From the sequence record MW630116.1: a stretch of DNA of 64,000 nucleotides, one strand, 5' to 3'. Position 1 is the first letter of the stretch, and each line of letters starts with the position of its first letter. This stretch comes from Escherichia phage vB_EcoM-ZQ3. This document shows positions 36,026-46,282 of the stretch, one piece after another. The notes under the pieces were generated by a model. It saw only the letters and a program-made list of their open reading frames with translations. It was not told the origin of the DNA and searched no databases. The translations under genes and the position numbers were made by a program.

Positions 36026-38239
36026 ATGATTATTGAAACGGCTAAAGAAACGATTATTGGTTCAGGCGGTAAGAGCACAGCATTCACTATTCAAGGCAAT
36101 AGCAAAGTTTATAAGATTTTGTCTAATGACCTTTATACAAACAAAGAATTGGCTTGTGTACGTGAATTAATCACAAACTGTATTGATGGACAAATTCTTA
36201 ATGGTTGCACTGATAAGTTTATTGTTCAGGCTCCAGGTCGTTTAGACCCACGTTTTGTAGTTCGAGACTTTGGTCCTGGTATGAGTGATTTCACCATTAG
36301 AGGTAATGACGAAGAGCCAGGAATCTATAACTCATATTTTGCTTCAACTAAAACATCGAGTAACGATTTCATTGGTGGATTCGGACTCGGCTCTAAAGCT
36401 CCGCTAGCATATACCGATACATTTAACCTTACGTCTTATCACAACGGTGAAGTTCGTGGTTACGTAATCTACCAAGATGACACAGGTCCACAAATTAAGC
36501 CGACCTTTGTAGATAAGATGGGTCCTGATGACCGTACGGGTGTAGAAGTAGTTGTACCGGTTAACCCGGAAGATTTTGAAAAGTTCGCATCCGAAATTGC
36601 ATATGTTATGCGTCCTCTAGGTGATATTGCAGAAGTTCGTGGTGTTAAAGATATTAAATACTTCCCTGAATTTGACGATGTATATTTGGCCAAGGAAGCT
36701 CCATGGGGTGAACGCGGTAATATCATGGCTGTTTACGGTGGTATTGTATATCCAATCGGAAGTGTTATTAAAGAACAAACATGGATGATGACTCGATGCA
36801 CCACAGCTTATATTAAATTCCCTATGGGTGAACTAGACGTAGCTCCGTCTCGTGAAGCATTGTCATTTGATAAACGTACAGTAGCAAATATCCATAAACG
36901 CGTTGCAGAAATTGATGCAAAATTATTTGCTGAAGATTCTAAGAAATGGATTGATTGTAAATACCCGCGTCATGTATTCCGTGAAATTGATTCTCTTGGT
37001 TATACCGCTCGTAAATACATGGAAAAGGCTGGGTCTAATATTGAATCACTGAAATACTCTAAAGAACAACTAACTTATTCTGAGTTGTACAAACGTTTTA
37101 AAATGGGGCCTGAGTGGTGTAATCTTGGCGTCGTATATGATATCGTTGAATCCCCTCGTCTTCGTCGTATTCGTGAAAGTGGTAGCTCATCATCGACCAT
37201 TTCAATTAACAGCCTGATTGGCATTAACATTAAAAATGTTGAAATCGTTATTGACGACGTTAAGGGACGCGTTCCATTAATGCGAGCTCTTAATTCAATT
37301 GAAATGTCTAAAGACGAGGTTAAATTAACTGGTAAAGTTCCACGCGGTTTTGGTAAAAGTGTACTATTCGTTGACCCTACAGACGAAGATGCAATGAAAC
37401 TTCTGGAACGCCTTAAAGTTATCTTTGATGGCGACAACATTAACATGTACAAGACTTCAGAGCTTTTACAAATCGTTAAGCCATGGATTGAAGTCAGGAA
37501 ACGGACTAATGAGCCTCGTCCTAAATCGCCAAGTGCTCATCGATTCTTTAAGAATGAAAACGACGTTTGGGTATCAGAAGATCTCTTTATTCCAGCGAGT
37601 GAAGCAGATGAAATCCAAGGTTATGCTATAGTTCGTAATCGTTCTAATGCTGAATGTCTTGACGCAGATAAAGGTTGGTTGAACTATGACTCCAATTTCT
37701 TGACCCGTATTGCTGATTTGTCAGGTATTAAAGAGTTCACTGTAGTTCGTCCACAGATTGCTAAGAAAGTTCGTAAACTTGGTGAAGTAGAATGCTTGTT
37801 CGAAAAATCAATTAATGACTATATTACGCTAATCGATAAAGTGGATTATGATGAGTATGTATCACCAAGTCGTAGAGCACAGCCTTATTTGAATCATATT
37901 ACTCGTAATGAAGAGCTTAACTTCCTTAGTAAGTATTTTAGCTCTAAAAACAAAGAAATCAGTAAAGATTTTGCAAAACTCTCAACAGTAAATAATCGTT
38001 GGGGATGGAATCGATTCGCAGGTGCTGAAAACAGAGATCTGAACAGGAAGTTAGAATTGTGTGCTAAAATTTTCGATAAGCTTAAAGATAATGCTTACGA
38101 TAATGATGATAAAATGGTTATTGAATTCGAAACCAATTATCATATTGTGTCAGAATACATGGGACGACGTGGTACTCTTTCTAAAGAACAGGTCGCTCAA
38201 ATCGTTAAATTCATGAAGGCCGTGGAAGCGGCCAAATAA
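36026..38239 (+). CDS. rIIA: rIIA protein (GHKL ATPase-like N-terminal domain)
   Basis: 737 aa; ELITNCIDGQ and GGFGLGSK motifs; followed by rIIB. Confidence 0.9.
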   Translation: MIIETAKETIIGSGGKSTAFTIQGNSKVYKILSNDLYTNKELACVRELITNCIDGQILNGCTDKFIVQAPGRLDPRFVVRDFGPGMSDFTIRGNDEEPGIYNSYFASTKTSSNDFIGGFGLGSKAPLAYTDTFNLTSYHNGEVRGYVIYQDDTGPQIKPTFVDKMGPDDRTGVEVVVPVNPEDFEKFASEIAYVMRPLGDIAEVRGVKDIKYFPEFDDVYLAKEAPWGERGNIMAVYGGIVYPIGSVIKEQTWMMTRCTTAYIKFPMGELDVAPSREALSFDKRTVANIHKRVAEIDAKLFAEDSKKWIDCKYPRHVFREIDSLGYTARKYMEKAGSNIESLKYSKEQLTYSELYKRFKMGPEWCNLGVVYDIVESPRLRRIRESGSSSSTISINSLIGINIKNVEIVIDDVKGRVPLMRALNSIEMSKDEVKLTGKVPRGFGKSVLFVDPTDEDAMKLLERLKVIFDGDNINMYKTSELLQIVKPWIEVRKRTNEPRPKSPSAHRFFKNENDVWVSEDLFIPASEADEIQGYAIVRNRSNAECLDADKGWLNYDSNFLTRIADLSGIKEFTVVRPQIAKKVRKLGEVECLFEKSINDYITLIDKVDYDEYVSPSRRAQPYLNHITRNEELNFLSKYFSSKNKEISKDFAKLSTVNNRWGWNRFAGAENRDLNRKLELCAKIFDKLKDNAYDNDDKMVIEFETNYHIVSEYMGRRGTLSKEQVAQIVKFMKAVEAAK

Positions 38240-38248
38240 GGAAACATT

Positions 38249-39196
38249 ATGTACAATATCAAATGCTTGTCCCAAGAAGAACAGTTAGAAGCTTACGGCC
38301 TGGTTGAATCAGGCAAATGGACTCGTAAAGAAATTGCCGATTACTTCGACATTTCAACAGATACTCTTCGTAAGATTGTTAAGAATTTTAAAGCAGAAGG
38401 CGTTGTCCCTGAAGCAAACGATGCCTCTTATGTAATCGAAGAAGTTCCAGAAAATGATGAACCTATTATCGGCGGACATCGTCCTGAAATCGTATGGAAC
38501 GCGTCATCTAAATTTATTTCAATTATTGAAGGACGCGTAGCATACAATGCGACCCCATCAAGTCATGCAAATTTTGAAGAAATTAAAGCTAATCTGGTCG
38601 CAGGAAACCTTAGTAAAGCTGTCGAACTTATTAACATCAAGAAAGCTATTAGTAAGTTTGTTGATGGTAATGTTACTATTGAAGGTGGTAGTTTATTTTA
38701 TCAAGGTATAGAAATTCGTTCAGGACTGGTTAATCGTATTATTGATTCCATGGAAAAAGGCGAAGACTTTAAATTCTATCTGCCGTTCCTTGAAAACCTG
38801 TTAGAAAACCCGAGCGAAAAAGCTGTACAACGTTTATTCGACTTCTTGGTTGCAAATGATATTGAAATCACTGAAGATGGGTATTTCTATGCGTGGAAAG
38901 TAGTTCGTAAGGACTATTTAGACTGCTATAGTGGCACATTTGATAACTCCCCAGGTAAAGTTGTTTCAATGCCTCGTACTCGAGTTAACGACGATGATAC
39001 TCAAACCTGTTCTCGCGGTCTCCACGTTTGTGCTAAATCTTATATTCGCCACTTTGGTTCAAGCTCAGATAAAGTTGTTAAGGTTAAAGTTCATCCACGT
39101 GATGTTGTATCCATCCCGGTTGACTATGGTGATGCTAAGATGCGTACTTGTCGTTATGAAGTAATTTCAGACGTTACTGAATTATTTGCAGAATAA
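38249..39196 (+). CDS. rIIB: rIIB protein
   Basis: 315 aa directly after rIIA. Confidence 0.88.
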   Translation: MYNIKCLSQEEQLEAYGLVESGKWTRKEIADYFDISTDTLRKIVKNFKAEGVVPEANDASYVIEEVPENDEPIIGGHRPEIVWNASSKFISIIEGRVAYNATPSSHANFEEIKANLVAGNLSKAVELINIKKAISKFVDGNVTIEGGSLFYQGIEIRSGLVNRIIDSMEKGEDFKFYLPFLENLLENPSEKAVQRLFDFLVANDIEITEDGYFYAWKVVRKDYLDCYSGTFDNSPGKVVSMPRTRVNDDDTQTCSRGLHVCAKSYIRHFGSSSDKVVKVKVHPRDVVSIPVDYGDAKMRTCRYEVISDVTELFAE

Positions 39197-39201
39197 TAAT
39201 T

Positions 39202-39226
39202 GGGGACTTCGGTCCCCTTTTTTTCT
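39202..39226 (+). terminator. rho-independent terminator
   Basis: ggggac-ttcg-gtcccc followed by T9. Confidence 0.8.
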
Positions 39227-39238
39227 TTAGGGGTAATT

Positions 39239-39526
39239 ATGATTCATCCATTTGACGTATCAGAATCCAAAATTGCTAATCTTCGTGGTCATCATAAGTG
39301 TAAATCGGTTTATTGTGCTAAATTGGTAAAACACCCAGGTGATGCACACTATGGCTGGTTAGAATGCGACGAAGTTGTTAATGAAATTCCACCTGTAGAT
39401 GCTGAATATCTTGAAGAAGGTGACCGCATTTATTTTGGCGAACTACACATCAGAGGTATCTATGGTAAAGACGAACTTGGGATTGTTGAGACTGAAGAGT
39501 CTTCCGACATTTATCCTGTCGAATGA
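39239..39526 (+). CDS. hypothetical small protein
   Basis: 95 aa from ATG 39239 just after the terminator. Confidence 0.55.
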   Translation: MIHPFDVSESKIANLRGHHKCKSVYCAKLVKHPGDAHYGWLECDEVVNEIPPVDAEYLEEGDRIYFGELHIRGIYGKDELGIVETEESSDIYPVE

Positions 39527-39542
39527 GTTTTTGACTAGTGAA

Positions 39543-40019
39543 ATGAAGGTGAAGATTGCTGACACTGCTCGATATTCGTTGAGCCAAAATCCAGACCAAA
39601 ACAAAGAAGATGTAGTTCGACGTTGTAAGGTTGCAGTCTTTGCAGAGTATGTAGTAGCAAATTGGCTAGACGGATATGTTAATAAAGGTATTGAAGACGT
39701 AGAAGACCCGTACACGTATGCATGGGACGTGTTAGCCCATCCCAAGTATTGTGGAATTCGTGTAGAAGTCAAGACACACCAGATAGATTCTAAATGGATT
39801 TCTGTTACCACAGGATACAGTGGTGATTATCCAGGTGGCAACGGAATCAACATAGGGCCCTTCTTGAACCATCGAGTCGCAGATTGCATTATTATATTAG
39901 ATGTCAAAGAAACCTCACCTGACGTCTTCTCTTATTCTATAAAGTTCGTGGGAGACCATGAAGACCTAAAGAAAATCGTCCGCAAGAGCAACTACAACGG
40001 GTGGTATCTTCATCTTTAA
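39543..40019 (+). CDS. putative PD-(D/E)xK-type nuclease (possibly the denB/endonuclease IV equivalent)
   Basis: 158 aa; candidate D...EVK triad (AWDV ... RVEVK); sits near ndd and rIIB. Confidence 0.5.
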   Translation: MKVKIADTARYSLSQNPDQNKEDVVRRCKVAVFAEYVVANWLDGYVNKGIEDVEDPYTYAWDVLAHPKYCGIRVEVKTHQIDSKWISVTTGYSGDYPGGNGINIGPFLNHRVADCIIILDVKETSPDVFSYSIKFVGDHEDLKKIVRKSNYNGWYLHL

Positions 40020-40031
40020 TTTCATAAAAGT

Positions 40032-40062
40032 GTTTACAACTAAGTAGGTCTATGATATAGTA
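40032..40062 (+). promoter_or_regulatory. T4-type early promoter
   Basis: GTTTAC then tatgatatagtagtcctatc. Confidence 0.4.
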
Positions 40063-40087
40063 GTCCTATCTAAAAGAGGATAACATC

Positions 40088-40279
40088 ATGAAATTTAAAT
40101 TTTTCTACGCAAAACATAAAGTGACCGGTGAGTTTGTTTCAATGTACAACACCGCAGATGACGAAGGGATGATTTATACTCATTTAGGTCTATCTCATTG
40201 GGACTCAGACGTGCCTTATATGTCATCTGAAGCCGAAATAACTCGTTTAGTTAATGGACATATGAACGACCCATTTTAG
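40088..40279 (+). CDS. hypothetical small protein
   Basis: 63 aa with RBS agagga. Confidence 0.5.
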   Translation: MKFKFFYAKHKVTGEFVSMYNTADDEGMIYTHLGLSHWDSDVPYMSSEAEITRLVNGHMNDPF

Positions 40280-40544
40280 TGTTATTCTTTCTAAAGACCT
40301 TAAAGAGGTTATCAACAAAGGATATATGGAACTCGCGGAAGTTGAGATATGAGCTCTAAAATGTGGATAGGAATATGGTTGCTTAGTATCCCTATGATTT
40401 GTATAGTATTTTCAATTGTATTGAGGTACTTATGAAAAATGCACTTATTATTGTACTAAGAACAATTTGTGATACGGGTTTTTACATCGCATGTTCGTTC
40501 ACTGGAACATGGTTGGCTTTAACATATTTTAATGTAATTTAATT

Positions 40545-40574
40545 GTTTACAACAAGGTAGGATTATGGTATAGT
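40545..40574 (+). promoter_or_regulatory. T4-type early promoter
   Basis: GTTTAC, 18-nt spacer, TATAGT. Confidence 0.45.
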
Positions 40575-40602
40575 AGTCCTACTGAAACATGAGGAACACA
40601 AA

Positions 40603-40803
40603 ATGGCTAAGCTTTTTAAAGATGTTGAAATTGGTGAAAAATTTGTTCTGAATAATGGTCAGCAGCTTATTCGTGTAGCTTCTATCGCCGGACAAACTCA
40701 TAACTGTATCGCCCCAACGTGTTGGACTCGATTCTTTATTGAAGATGACACTGAATGTTTAACTGTTGAAGAGCTTTTTGAACGTTCTGATATAGCCGAA
40801 TAA
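40603..40803 (+). CDS. hypothetical small protein
   Basis: 66 aa with RBS gagga. Confidence 0.5.
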   Translation: MAKLFKDVEIGEKFVLNNGQQLIRVASIAGQTHNCIAPTCWTRFFIEDDTECLTVEELFERSDIAE

Positions 40804-40805
40804 AA

Positions 40806-40835
40806 TTGTACAAACTCTTGAGAGCAGAGTATAAT
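40806..40835 (+). promoter_or_regulatory. T4-type early promoter with palindrome around the -10
   Basis: TTGTAC, 18-nt spacer, TATAAT; gagagca...tgctctc inverted repeat. Confidence 0.45.
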
Positions 40836-40879
40836 GCTCTCATGGATTACAAAAACATTAATCAATTGAGGAAATTAGC

Positions 40880-41326
40880 ATGTCCAAATATTTAACTCGT
40901 AAAGACCTTCTGGCAGTTGGCGGTGAAGTTGTTGCAGTAGTTCGTAATGGTGAATACGGTTCTGAAGTTTCTAAAGAGTTTCGTTCTCGTGAAGGTTTTT
41001 ACTTCTTTGTTAAAGGTTCATCTGACTGGCGTCAAGTAGCAGCACGATTCTTTGTAGGACGTCAACGTTCTAAACAAGGGTTGGATGCAATTCTTTCTCA
41101 CATTCGTCAAGGCCGTTCGCAACTAGCCCGTACTATGGGCACTAACAATATTGAATATGATGTAATCTTTGTCGCAGCTAAGAACATGAAACCCCTGACT
41201 ACTGGTTATGGTAAAGGACAATTGGCTCTGGCATTCACTCGCAATCATACATCAGAATATCAAACACTCACTGAAATGAACCGTCTTCTGGCAGATAATT
41301 TCAAATTCGTTCTGCAGAGTTACTAA
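40880..41326 (+). CDS. ndd: nucleoid disruption protein Ndd
   Basis: 148 aa; [38 protein letters not shown] matches recalled T4 Ndd. Confidence 0.85.
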   Translation: MSKYLTRKDLLAVGGEVVAVVRNGEYGSEVSKEFRSREGFYFFVKGSSDWRQVAARFFVGRQRSKQGLDAILSHIRQGRSQLARTMGTNNIEYDVIFVAAKNMKPLTTGYGKGQLALAFTRNHTSEYQTLTEMNRLLADNFKFVLQSY

Positions 41327-41378
41327 TTTATACGGGCCTATTAAGTTAGGCCTTTAATTTATTTTTGAGGTAATTAAA

Positions 41379-41528
41379 ATGGTAGCATGGATTATTGCAT
41401 TGCTGTGTTGGTCGTTTTTATTCGTTAACACTTTAGTTACAGGCGAAACAACAGTATTTCAACAGGCTGTGTCACAAGGTACCTTAGCGGTCTTAGCTCT
41501 TCTTAACGTATTAAAAGGCGAGCAATGA
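41379..41528 (+). CDS. possible 49-aa hydrophobic peptide
   Basis: RBS gagg; ATGA overlap with the next small ORF. Confidence 0.4.
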   Translation: MVAWIIALLCWSFLFVNTLVTGETTVFQQAVSQGTLAVLALLNVLKGEQ

Positions 41529-41665
41529 TTAAGAAAATCTTAGCAGGAGCCTTCGGGCTCTTGTTTTTGCTTACGGTTCTGTACTACGGTGTGATGTTTG
41601 GGCTAATCCAAGTAGTGCTTTTCATTTCAGATGTTATAATGGTTATTCGTTCATTAATATGGTGA
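41525..41665 (+). CDS. possible 46-aa membrane peptide
   Basis: hydrophobic; ends 5 nt before the gene 52 ATG. Confidence 0.4.
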   Translation: MIKKILAGAFGLLFLLTVLYYGVMFGLIQVVLFISDVIMVIRSLIW

Positions 41666-41669
41666 AAAT

Positions 41670-42995
41670 ATGCAATTGAATTCTCGTAATCTAAAAAGTA
41701 TTATTGATAACGAAGCCTTAGCATATGCGATGTACACCGTTGAAAACCGTGCAATCCCAAACATGATTGATGGATTTAAGCCGGTTCAACGTTTTGTGGT
41801 TCATCGTGCGTTAGATTTGGCTCGTGGTAATAAAGAAAAATTTCATAAACTTGCGTCAATTGCAGGAGGTGTTGCAGATTTAGGTTATCACCATGGTGAA
41901 TCTTCTGCACAAGATGCAGGTGCATTGATGGCTAACACATGGAACAACAACTATCCACTGTTAGATGGCCAAGGCAACTTTGGTTCTCGAACAGTCCAAA
42001 AAGCTGCAGCATCTCGTTATATTTTTGCTCGTGTAAGTAAAAATTTCTATAACGTATATAAAGATACTGAATATGCTCCAGCTCATGAAGATAAAGAACA
42101 CATTCCACCAAAATTCTATCTTCCTATTATTCCGACAGTTCTTTTGAATGGCGTCTCTGGTATTGCAACCGGTTACGCAACAAATATTCTGCCTCATAGT
42201 TTTAAATCAGTCAAAAAGGCTGTATTACAAGCTCTTCAAGGTAAAAATGTCACTAAGCCAAAAGTTGAATTCCCGGAATTCCGTGGTGAAGTACATGAAG
42301 TTGATGGGCGTTATGAGATTCACGGAACATATAAGTTCACATCTCGCACTCAAATGCAGATAACTGAAATCCCATATAAATTCGACCGTGAAACGTATGT
42401 GAGTAAGGTTCTTGACCCGTTGGAAGACAAAGGTCTAATCTCATGGGAAGATGATTGTGGTGAACACGGCTTTGGGTTTAAGGTGAAGTTCCGTAAAGAG
42501 TACTCGCTTCCTGATGATGAAGAGCTACGTCATGAAAAAATCATGAAAGATTTTAGTCTCATCGAACGTCGTTCACAAAACATCACAGTGATTAATGAAA
42601 AGGGTAAATTAGCAGTCTACGATAACGTAGTGGACTTAATCAAAGATTTTGTTGAAGTCCGTAAGACTTACGTTCAGAAACGTATTGACAACAAAATCCT
42701 TGAATCTGAAAAAGCATTTAAACTGGCTTTTGCTAAGGCACACTTCATCAAAAAAGTTATCAGTGGTGAAATTGTGATTCAGGGCAAGACTCGTAAAGCT
42801 TTGACTGAAGAGCTAGCACAAATCGAAATGTATAAAGAACATGTCGATAAACTGGTAGGTCTTAACATCTTCCATATCACTTCCGACGAAGCACGTAAAC
42901 TAGCAGAAGAAGCTAAAGCTAAGAAAGAAGAAAATGAGTATTGGAAGTCTACTGATGTTGTGACAGAGTACACTAAAGACTTGGAGGCACTTTGA
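41670..42995 (+). CDS. 52: DNA topoisomerase II medium subunit gp52 (GyrA/ParC-like)
   Basis: 441 aa; AYAMYTVENRAIPNMIDGFKPVQR N-terminal motif. Confidence 0.93.
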   Translation: MQLNSRNLKSIIDNEALAYAMYTVENRAIPNMIDGFKPVQRFVVHRALDLARGNKEKFHKLASIAGGVADLGYHHGESSAQDAGALMANTWNNNYPLLDGQGNFGSRTVQKAAASRYIFARVSKNFYNVYKDTEYAPAHEDKEHIPPKFYLPIIPTVLLNGVSGIATGYATNILPHSFKSVKKAVLQALQGKNVTKPKVEFPEFRGEVHEVDGRYEIHGTYKFTSRTQMQITEIPYKFDRETYVSKVLDPLEDKGLISWEDDCGEHGFGFKVKFRKEYSLPDDEELRHEKIMKDFSLIERRSQNITVINEKGKLAVYDNVVDLIKDFVEVRKTYVQKRIDNKILESEKAFKLAFAKAHFIKKVISGEIVIQGKTRKALTEELAQIEMYKEHVDKLVGLNIFHITSDEARKLAEEAKAKKEENEYWKSTDVVTEYTKDLEAL

Positions 42996-43071
42996 GTGCC
43001 ATAGCCTTAGGATTTCTCGGTGCAATAGCTGCACTAGTGATTTGGCTGTATTGGTTGGACAAACATGATTA

Positions 43072-43092
43072 GGGAGCTTCGGCTCCCTTTTG
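43072..43092 (+). terminator. rho-independent terminator
   Basis: gggagc-ttcg-gctccc followed by TTTTG. Confidence 0.7.
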
Positions 43093-43113
43093 TGCATTTT
43101 TCTCACAAAACAG

Positions 43114-43141
43114 TTTACACGTGCTTCAAACATGATATTAT
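43114..43141 (+). promoter_or_regulatory. T4-type early promoter
   Basis: GTTTAC ... TATTAT; leader nearly identical to 43435-43500. Confidence 0.5.
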
Positions 43142-43180
43142 AGACCTATCAAAACAAAACAACCAAATTGGAGAAATAAA

Positions 43181-43396
43181 ATGTCTAAAATGAAATTAAC
43201 CCAAAACACAACTACTCGTTTTGGTAAAGTTAAACCTGGTATGAATGCTCCCCGTAAAGCACTTGTTGAAGAATTAAATTTCTTAGAAGTTGAAATCAAT
43301 TCTTTAGTGGTTCGCGGTTCAAATGGACATCATTTAGAAAAGCTTCGTTCTAAAAAGGCAAAACTTATTGGCCTTATTAAAGAAATGAGTTTGTAA
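43181..43396 (+). CDS. hypothetical small basic protein
   Basis: 71 aa; shares promoter, leader and MSK start with motA. Confidence 0.6.
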   Translation: MSKMKLTQNTTTRFGKVKPGMNAPRKALVEELNFLEVEINSLVVRGSNGHHLEKLRSKKAKLIGLIKEMSL

Positions 43397-43434
43397 ATTT
43401 TACCAGGGCTTTTGGAAAAAGAGCCCAAAATAAA

Positions 43435-43463
43435 GTTTACTTTTGCTTCAAACATGATATTAT
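43435..43463 (+). promoter_or_regulatory. T4-type early promoter of motA
   Basis: GTTTAC ... TATTAT then tagacctatcaaaac leader. Confidence 0.5.
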
Positions 43464-43500
43464 AGACCTATCAAAACAAATACTAATTTGGAGAAATAAA

Positions 43501-44133
43501 ATGTCTAAAGTTACTTACATCATCAAAGCTTCTGAAAACGTTCTGAATGAAAAAACTGCTGCAATAATGGTTTATATCATTAAGAACAACTTCACCACTG
43601 CTGCCAATGTCCGTGAAGCTCTGGAAGCTGAATACAATGCATCAGTTGTTAACTCTAACATTGGTGTATTGATTAAGAAAGGTTTAGTCGAAAAATCTGG
43701 TGATGGACTTATAGCAACAGGCGAAGCAATGGATATTATCCAAAAAGCTGCAGACCTCTTTGCCCAAGAAAATGCTCCAGAACTTCTTCAGAAACGTAAC
43801 ACTAGAAAAGCACGTGGAGTTACTCCCGAAATGCATGAATTAGCAAACTTTGTTTTTGAAAATATTAAAGATAAAGTTGAAGTTAAAGAAATTGGTGAAA
43901 ACCGTAGTAACTTGGAAGTTCGATTTGCAAAACGAGTTCTAGGTATTCGTCAGATCGAAATTCGTCGAGATGGTTGTCTTAGAATATTTGCATACAACAT
44001 GTCAGAAACTGAATCAAAGCTGTTTACTTCTCTTGAAAATGATGTTAAGATTAAGATCGGTGGTAAATATACTTACATTGACTTCCCTAATGTGTCCAAA
44101 GAAATCATTACCCTTGTAACTAACGTACTGTGA
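43501..44133 (+). CDS. motA: middle-transcription activator MotA
   Basis: 210 aa; MSKVTYIIKAS...NSNIGVLIKKGLVEKSGDGL matches recalled T4 MotA. Confidence 0.9.
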   Translation: MSKVTYIIKASENVLNEKTAAIMVYIIKNNFTTAANVREALEAEYNASVVNSNIGVLIKKGLVEKSGDGLIATGEAMDIIQKAADLFAQENAPELLQKRNTRKARGVTPEMHELANFVFENIKDKVEVKEIGENRSNLEVRFAKRVLGIRQIEIRRDGCLRIFAYNMSETESKLFTSLENDVKIKIGGKYTYIDFPNVSKEIITLVTNVL

Positions 44134-44143
44134 GGAATACATA

Positions 44144-44488
44144 ATGAATAAGCTGAATATTATTAACGAACTTCGTAAATGTGCAGAACCTACTCAGGAA
44201 GGATGGGATATTTGGTACCACGGGGCTTATCTTGGAACTATAGTTAAAGTTAAAGCTGGGTTATATTTAATTATTCGCGAAAATTCTGAATTCCCTAATG
44301 GAGTAGCTCCTGGCGGTATACGTAAAAACTTTATGGCAGCTATCAGTTCATTTGTTGATGCAGCTTACGAAATCTATAAAGAAGATTATAAAGAATATCA
44401 GCAGTCACAACCGGTTATTCGTTCGATTGGTGTAAATAAACAAGCACAAAAATCTATTTGGCAACGTATTAAGGAATGGTTTAAATGA
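44144..44488 (+). CDS. hypothetical protein
   Basis: 114-aa ORF with RBS gagga. Confidence 0.6.
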   Translation: MNKLNIINELRKCAEPTQEGWDIWYHGAYLGTIVKVKAGLYLIIRENSEFPNGVAPGGIRKNFMAAISSFVDAAYEIYKEDYKEYQQSQPVIRSIGVNKQAQKSIWQRIKEWFK

Positions 44489-44946
44489 AATCATTTAAAG
44501 AACGTTTAGAGCTATTAGATTTGGCCTTGTCTCGTGAGACCCCTGAAAGTCTAGCAGAAAAATTCCAGTCCTACGGTTATAATTATTCTGCTGATGATAT
44601 AATGAATGAAGTTCCTGAAATCTGTTGGCAAACGTGCTATTGGAATAATGACCAAAAAGTTCAACGTGTTATAGTATGTGCAGCTAATAGGTTTAAATTG
44701 AAGAGTGGTGGAACTCTGGTTATTCCTGGAGTTCGTCATTACTCTAAAGATATGGCTGAAGTACTTGATATAGTTGGTCCTCAATTAGTCTCGCAACAAG
44801 TTTGTGGTGACGACCAAGGCTTTATCGACCAATACTCTAATTACTGGACTCGTGAAGAAGCAATGATTATTGCAACGTATGCTGGACAGGTACGTATTGA
44901 ACGTGGCGGAAGTGAGAAAGAACTTTATTCAGAGGACCTTTATTAA
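44485..44946 (+). CDS. hypothetical protein
   Basis: 153 aa; ATGA overlap. Confidence 0.6.
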   Translation: MKSFKERLELLDLALSRETPESLAEKFQSYGYNYSADDIMNEVPEICWQTCYWNNDQKVQRVIVCAANRFKLKSGGTLVIPGVRHYSKDMAEVLDIVGPQLVSQQVCGDDQGFIDQYSNYWTREEAMIIATYAGQVRIERGGSEKELYSEDLY

Positions 44947-45227
44947 TGAATATTAAACAACTCCAGAAAGATGCTATTGAATCACGCATCCAAGATATCA
45001 AACGTCTTAATCATATGATGGAAGAAAACTATGGTATGTATGCTAATCAGCCTGGTTGGGACGCTTTAGACCATCCTTATTTGGTTAATTTATGTAAAGG
45101 TGATACGTTAGCAATTATTCGTGATGGGTTAAAACCTTTCTTACGCGACATGTATATTAAAATGAACGAAGAAATTATTAGCTCGTTGCAATATCAATTA
45201 AGGAAATTAGATGATGAGAATAATTGA
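44946..45227 (+). CDS. hypothetical small protein
   Basis: 93 aa; TAATG overlap. Confidence 0.55.
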   Translation: MNIKQLQKDAIESRIQDIKRLNHMMEENYGMYANQPGWDALDHPYLVNLCKGDTLAIIRDGLKPFLRDMYIKMNEEIISSLQYQLRKLDDENN

Positions 45228-45429
45228 TTCTAAAGCAGATTATTTTAATTCTGTTAATGATAAGAATAAAGCTTTAATTCGCCACTTTATTACTGAGATG
45301 GGATACACTGACTCTAAAGATTTGAAAGAGCACATTATCGAATGTTCTGTGGCTAAAAAGTTTTCTTTTACCGATAAATGTTTAAACGAGGTTATAAAGC
45401 ATTATGAACAATCTTGTAGCAAAACATAA
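45211..45429 (+). CDS. hypothetical small protein
   Basis: 72-aa ORF. Confidence 0.5.
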   Translation: MMRIIDSKADYFNSVNDKNKALIRHFITEMGYTDSKDLKEHIIECSVAKKFSFTDKCLNEVIKHYEQSCSKT

Positions 45430-45512
45430 TTTCAATAAGGCTTCTGTTCATAAGGACAAGAAGAAATCAGAACTTCAATCTAAACGTAAACAAAAACATA
45501 AGGGTAAAGACT

Positions 45513-45812
45513 ATGCTTATTAAAATCAAAGAAAATCCTGCAACTGAACTTGTTATTCGATGCGAAGAACTTGCAGAGCTTTATCAGGTTAACCGAGAAG
45601 TATATCGTAGTGTTGTTGCAGATATGGCAGACGAAGTATGTTCTCGTATTCCTTTTAGTGTTGATTTCAATCACATGAAGCCTGGTGAAATCACTATCGT
45701 CTTTGGTTCTGACTATACTGAAGAACGGGCTCTTAATGCCCTAGAATATGAAATGTCGTTCTTCGACATACAGGACTATATTGATAGTTATAAGGAACGT
45801 TATGAGTCATAA
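45513..45812 (+). CDS. hypothetical small acidic protein
   Basis: 99-aa ORF. Confidence 0.55.
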   Translation: MLIKIKENPATELVIRCEELAELYQVNREVYRSVVADMADEVCSRIPFSVDFNHMKPGEITIVFGSDYTEERALNALEYEMSFFDIQDYIDSYKERYES

Positions 45813-45963
45813 TCTTCAGAACGTAGTAGAGGCCGAACGTGAGCGTGAGGCTTTAGTCTATAATGAACTATTAGTTCCGTTCTTGGCCTTACACTCGTAC
45901 GAACAGGAAGACTACACCAATTACGTTAAAAGCGTAGAAAAAGCCATTTACAATCAACACTGA
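45802..45963 (+). CDS. possible 53-aa protein
   Basis: ATGA overlap with the previous ORF. Confidence 0.4.
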   Translation: MSHNLQNVVEAEREREALVYNELLVPFLALHSYEQEDYTNYVKSVEKAIYNQH

Positions 45964-46009
45964 TAATGGTACTATATCCATATCAACTAAGTGGAATGAA
46001 TAAAACGTT

Positions 46010-46282
46010 ATGAATAAAGACATTGAAATCGTACGTGAAATTATTACTATTGCTTCTATTTTGATTAAATTCTCTAGGGAAGATATTGTTGAAGACCGAG
46101 CAAGTTTCATCGGATTCTTGAATGAGATTGGAATTAAAAAAGATGGTCGGCAGCTAAATCAGAATTCGTTCAGAAAACTAATTACAAATTTAACTGCCGA
46201 AGAAAAGAAAACACTGATTAGTGAATTCAATGAAGGTTTTGAAAATATTTATCGTCATTTAGCGATGTATTCTAACAACTAA
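46010..46282 (+). CDS. asiA: anti-sigma-70 factor AsiA
   Basis: 90 aa; VREIITIASILIKFSREDIVE...LNQNSFRK matches recalled T4 AsiA. Confidence 0.9.
   Translation: MNKDIEIVREIITIASILIKFSREDIVEDRASFIGFLNEIGIKKDGRQLNQNSFRKLITNLTAEEKKTLISEFNEGFENIYRHLAMYSNN

Noticed and set aside
42992-43070. Possible 26-aa hydrophobic peptide from a TTG codon overlapping the gene 52 stop
   Set aside because: Non-ATG start, no RBS, and it runs into the terminator hairpin
43121-43129. Mot-box-like TGCTTCA (also at 43442-43450)
   Set aside because: The gap to the nearest -10 hexamer is only 6-7 nt rather than 11-13, so these are better explained as part of the duplicated early promoter than as MotA-dependent promoters
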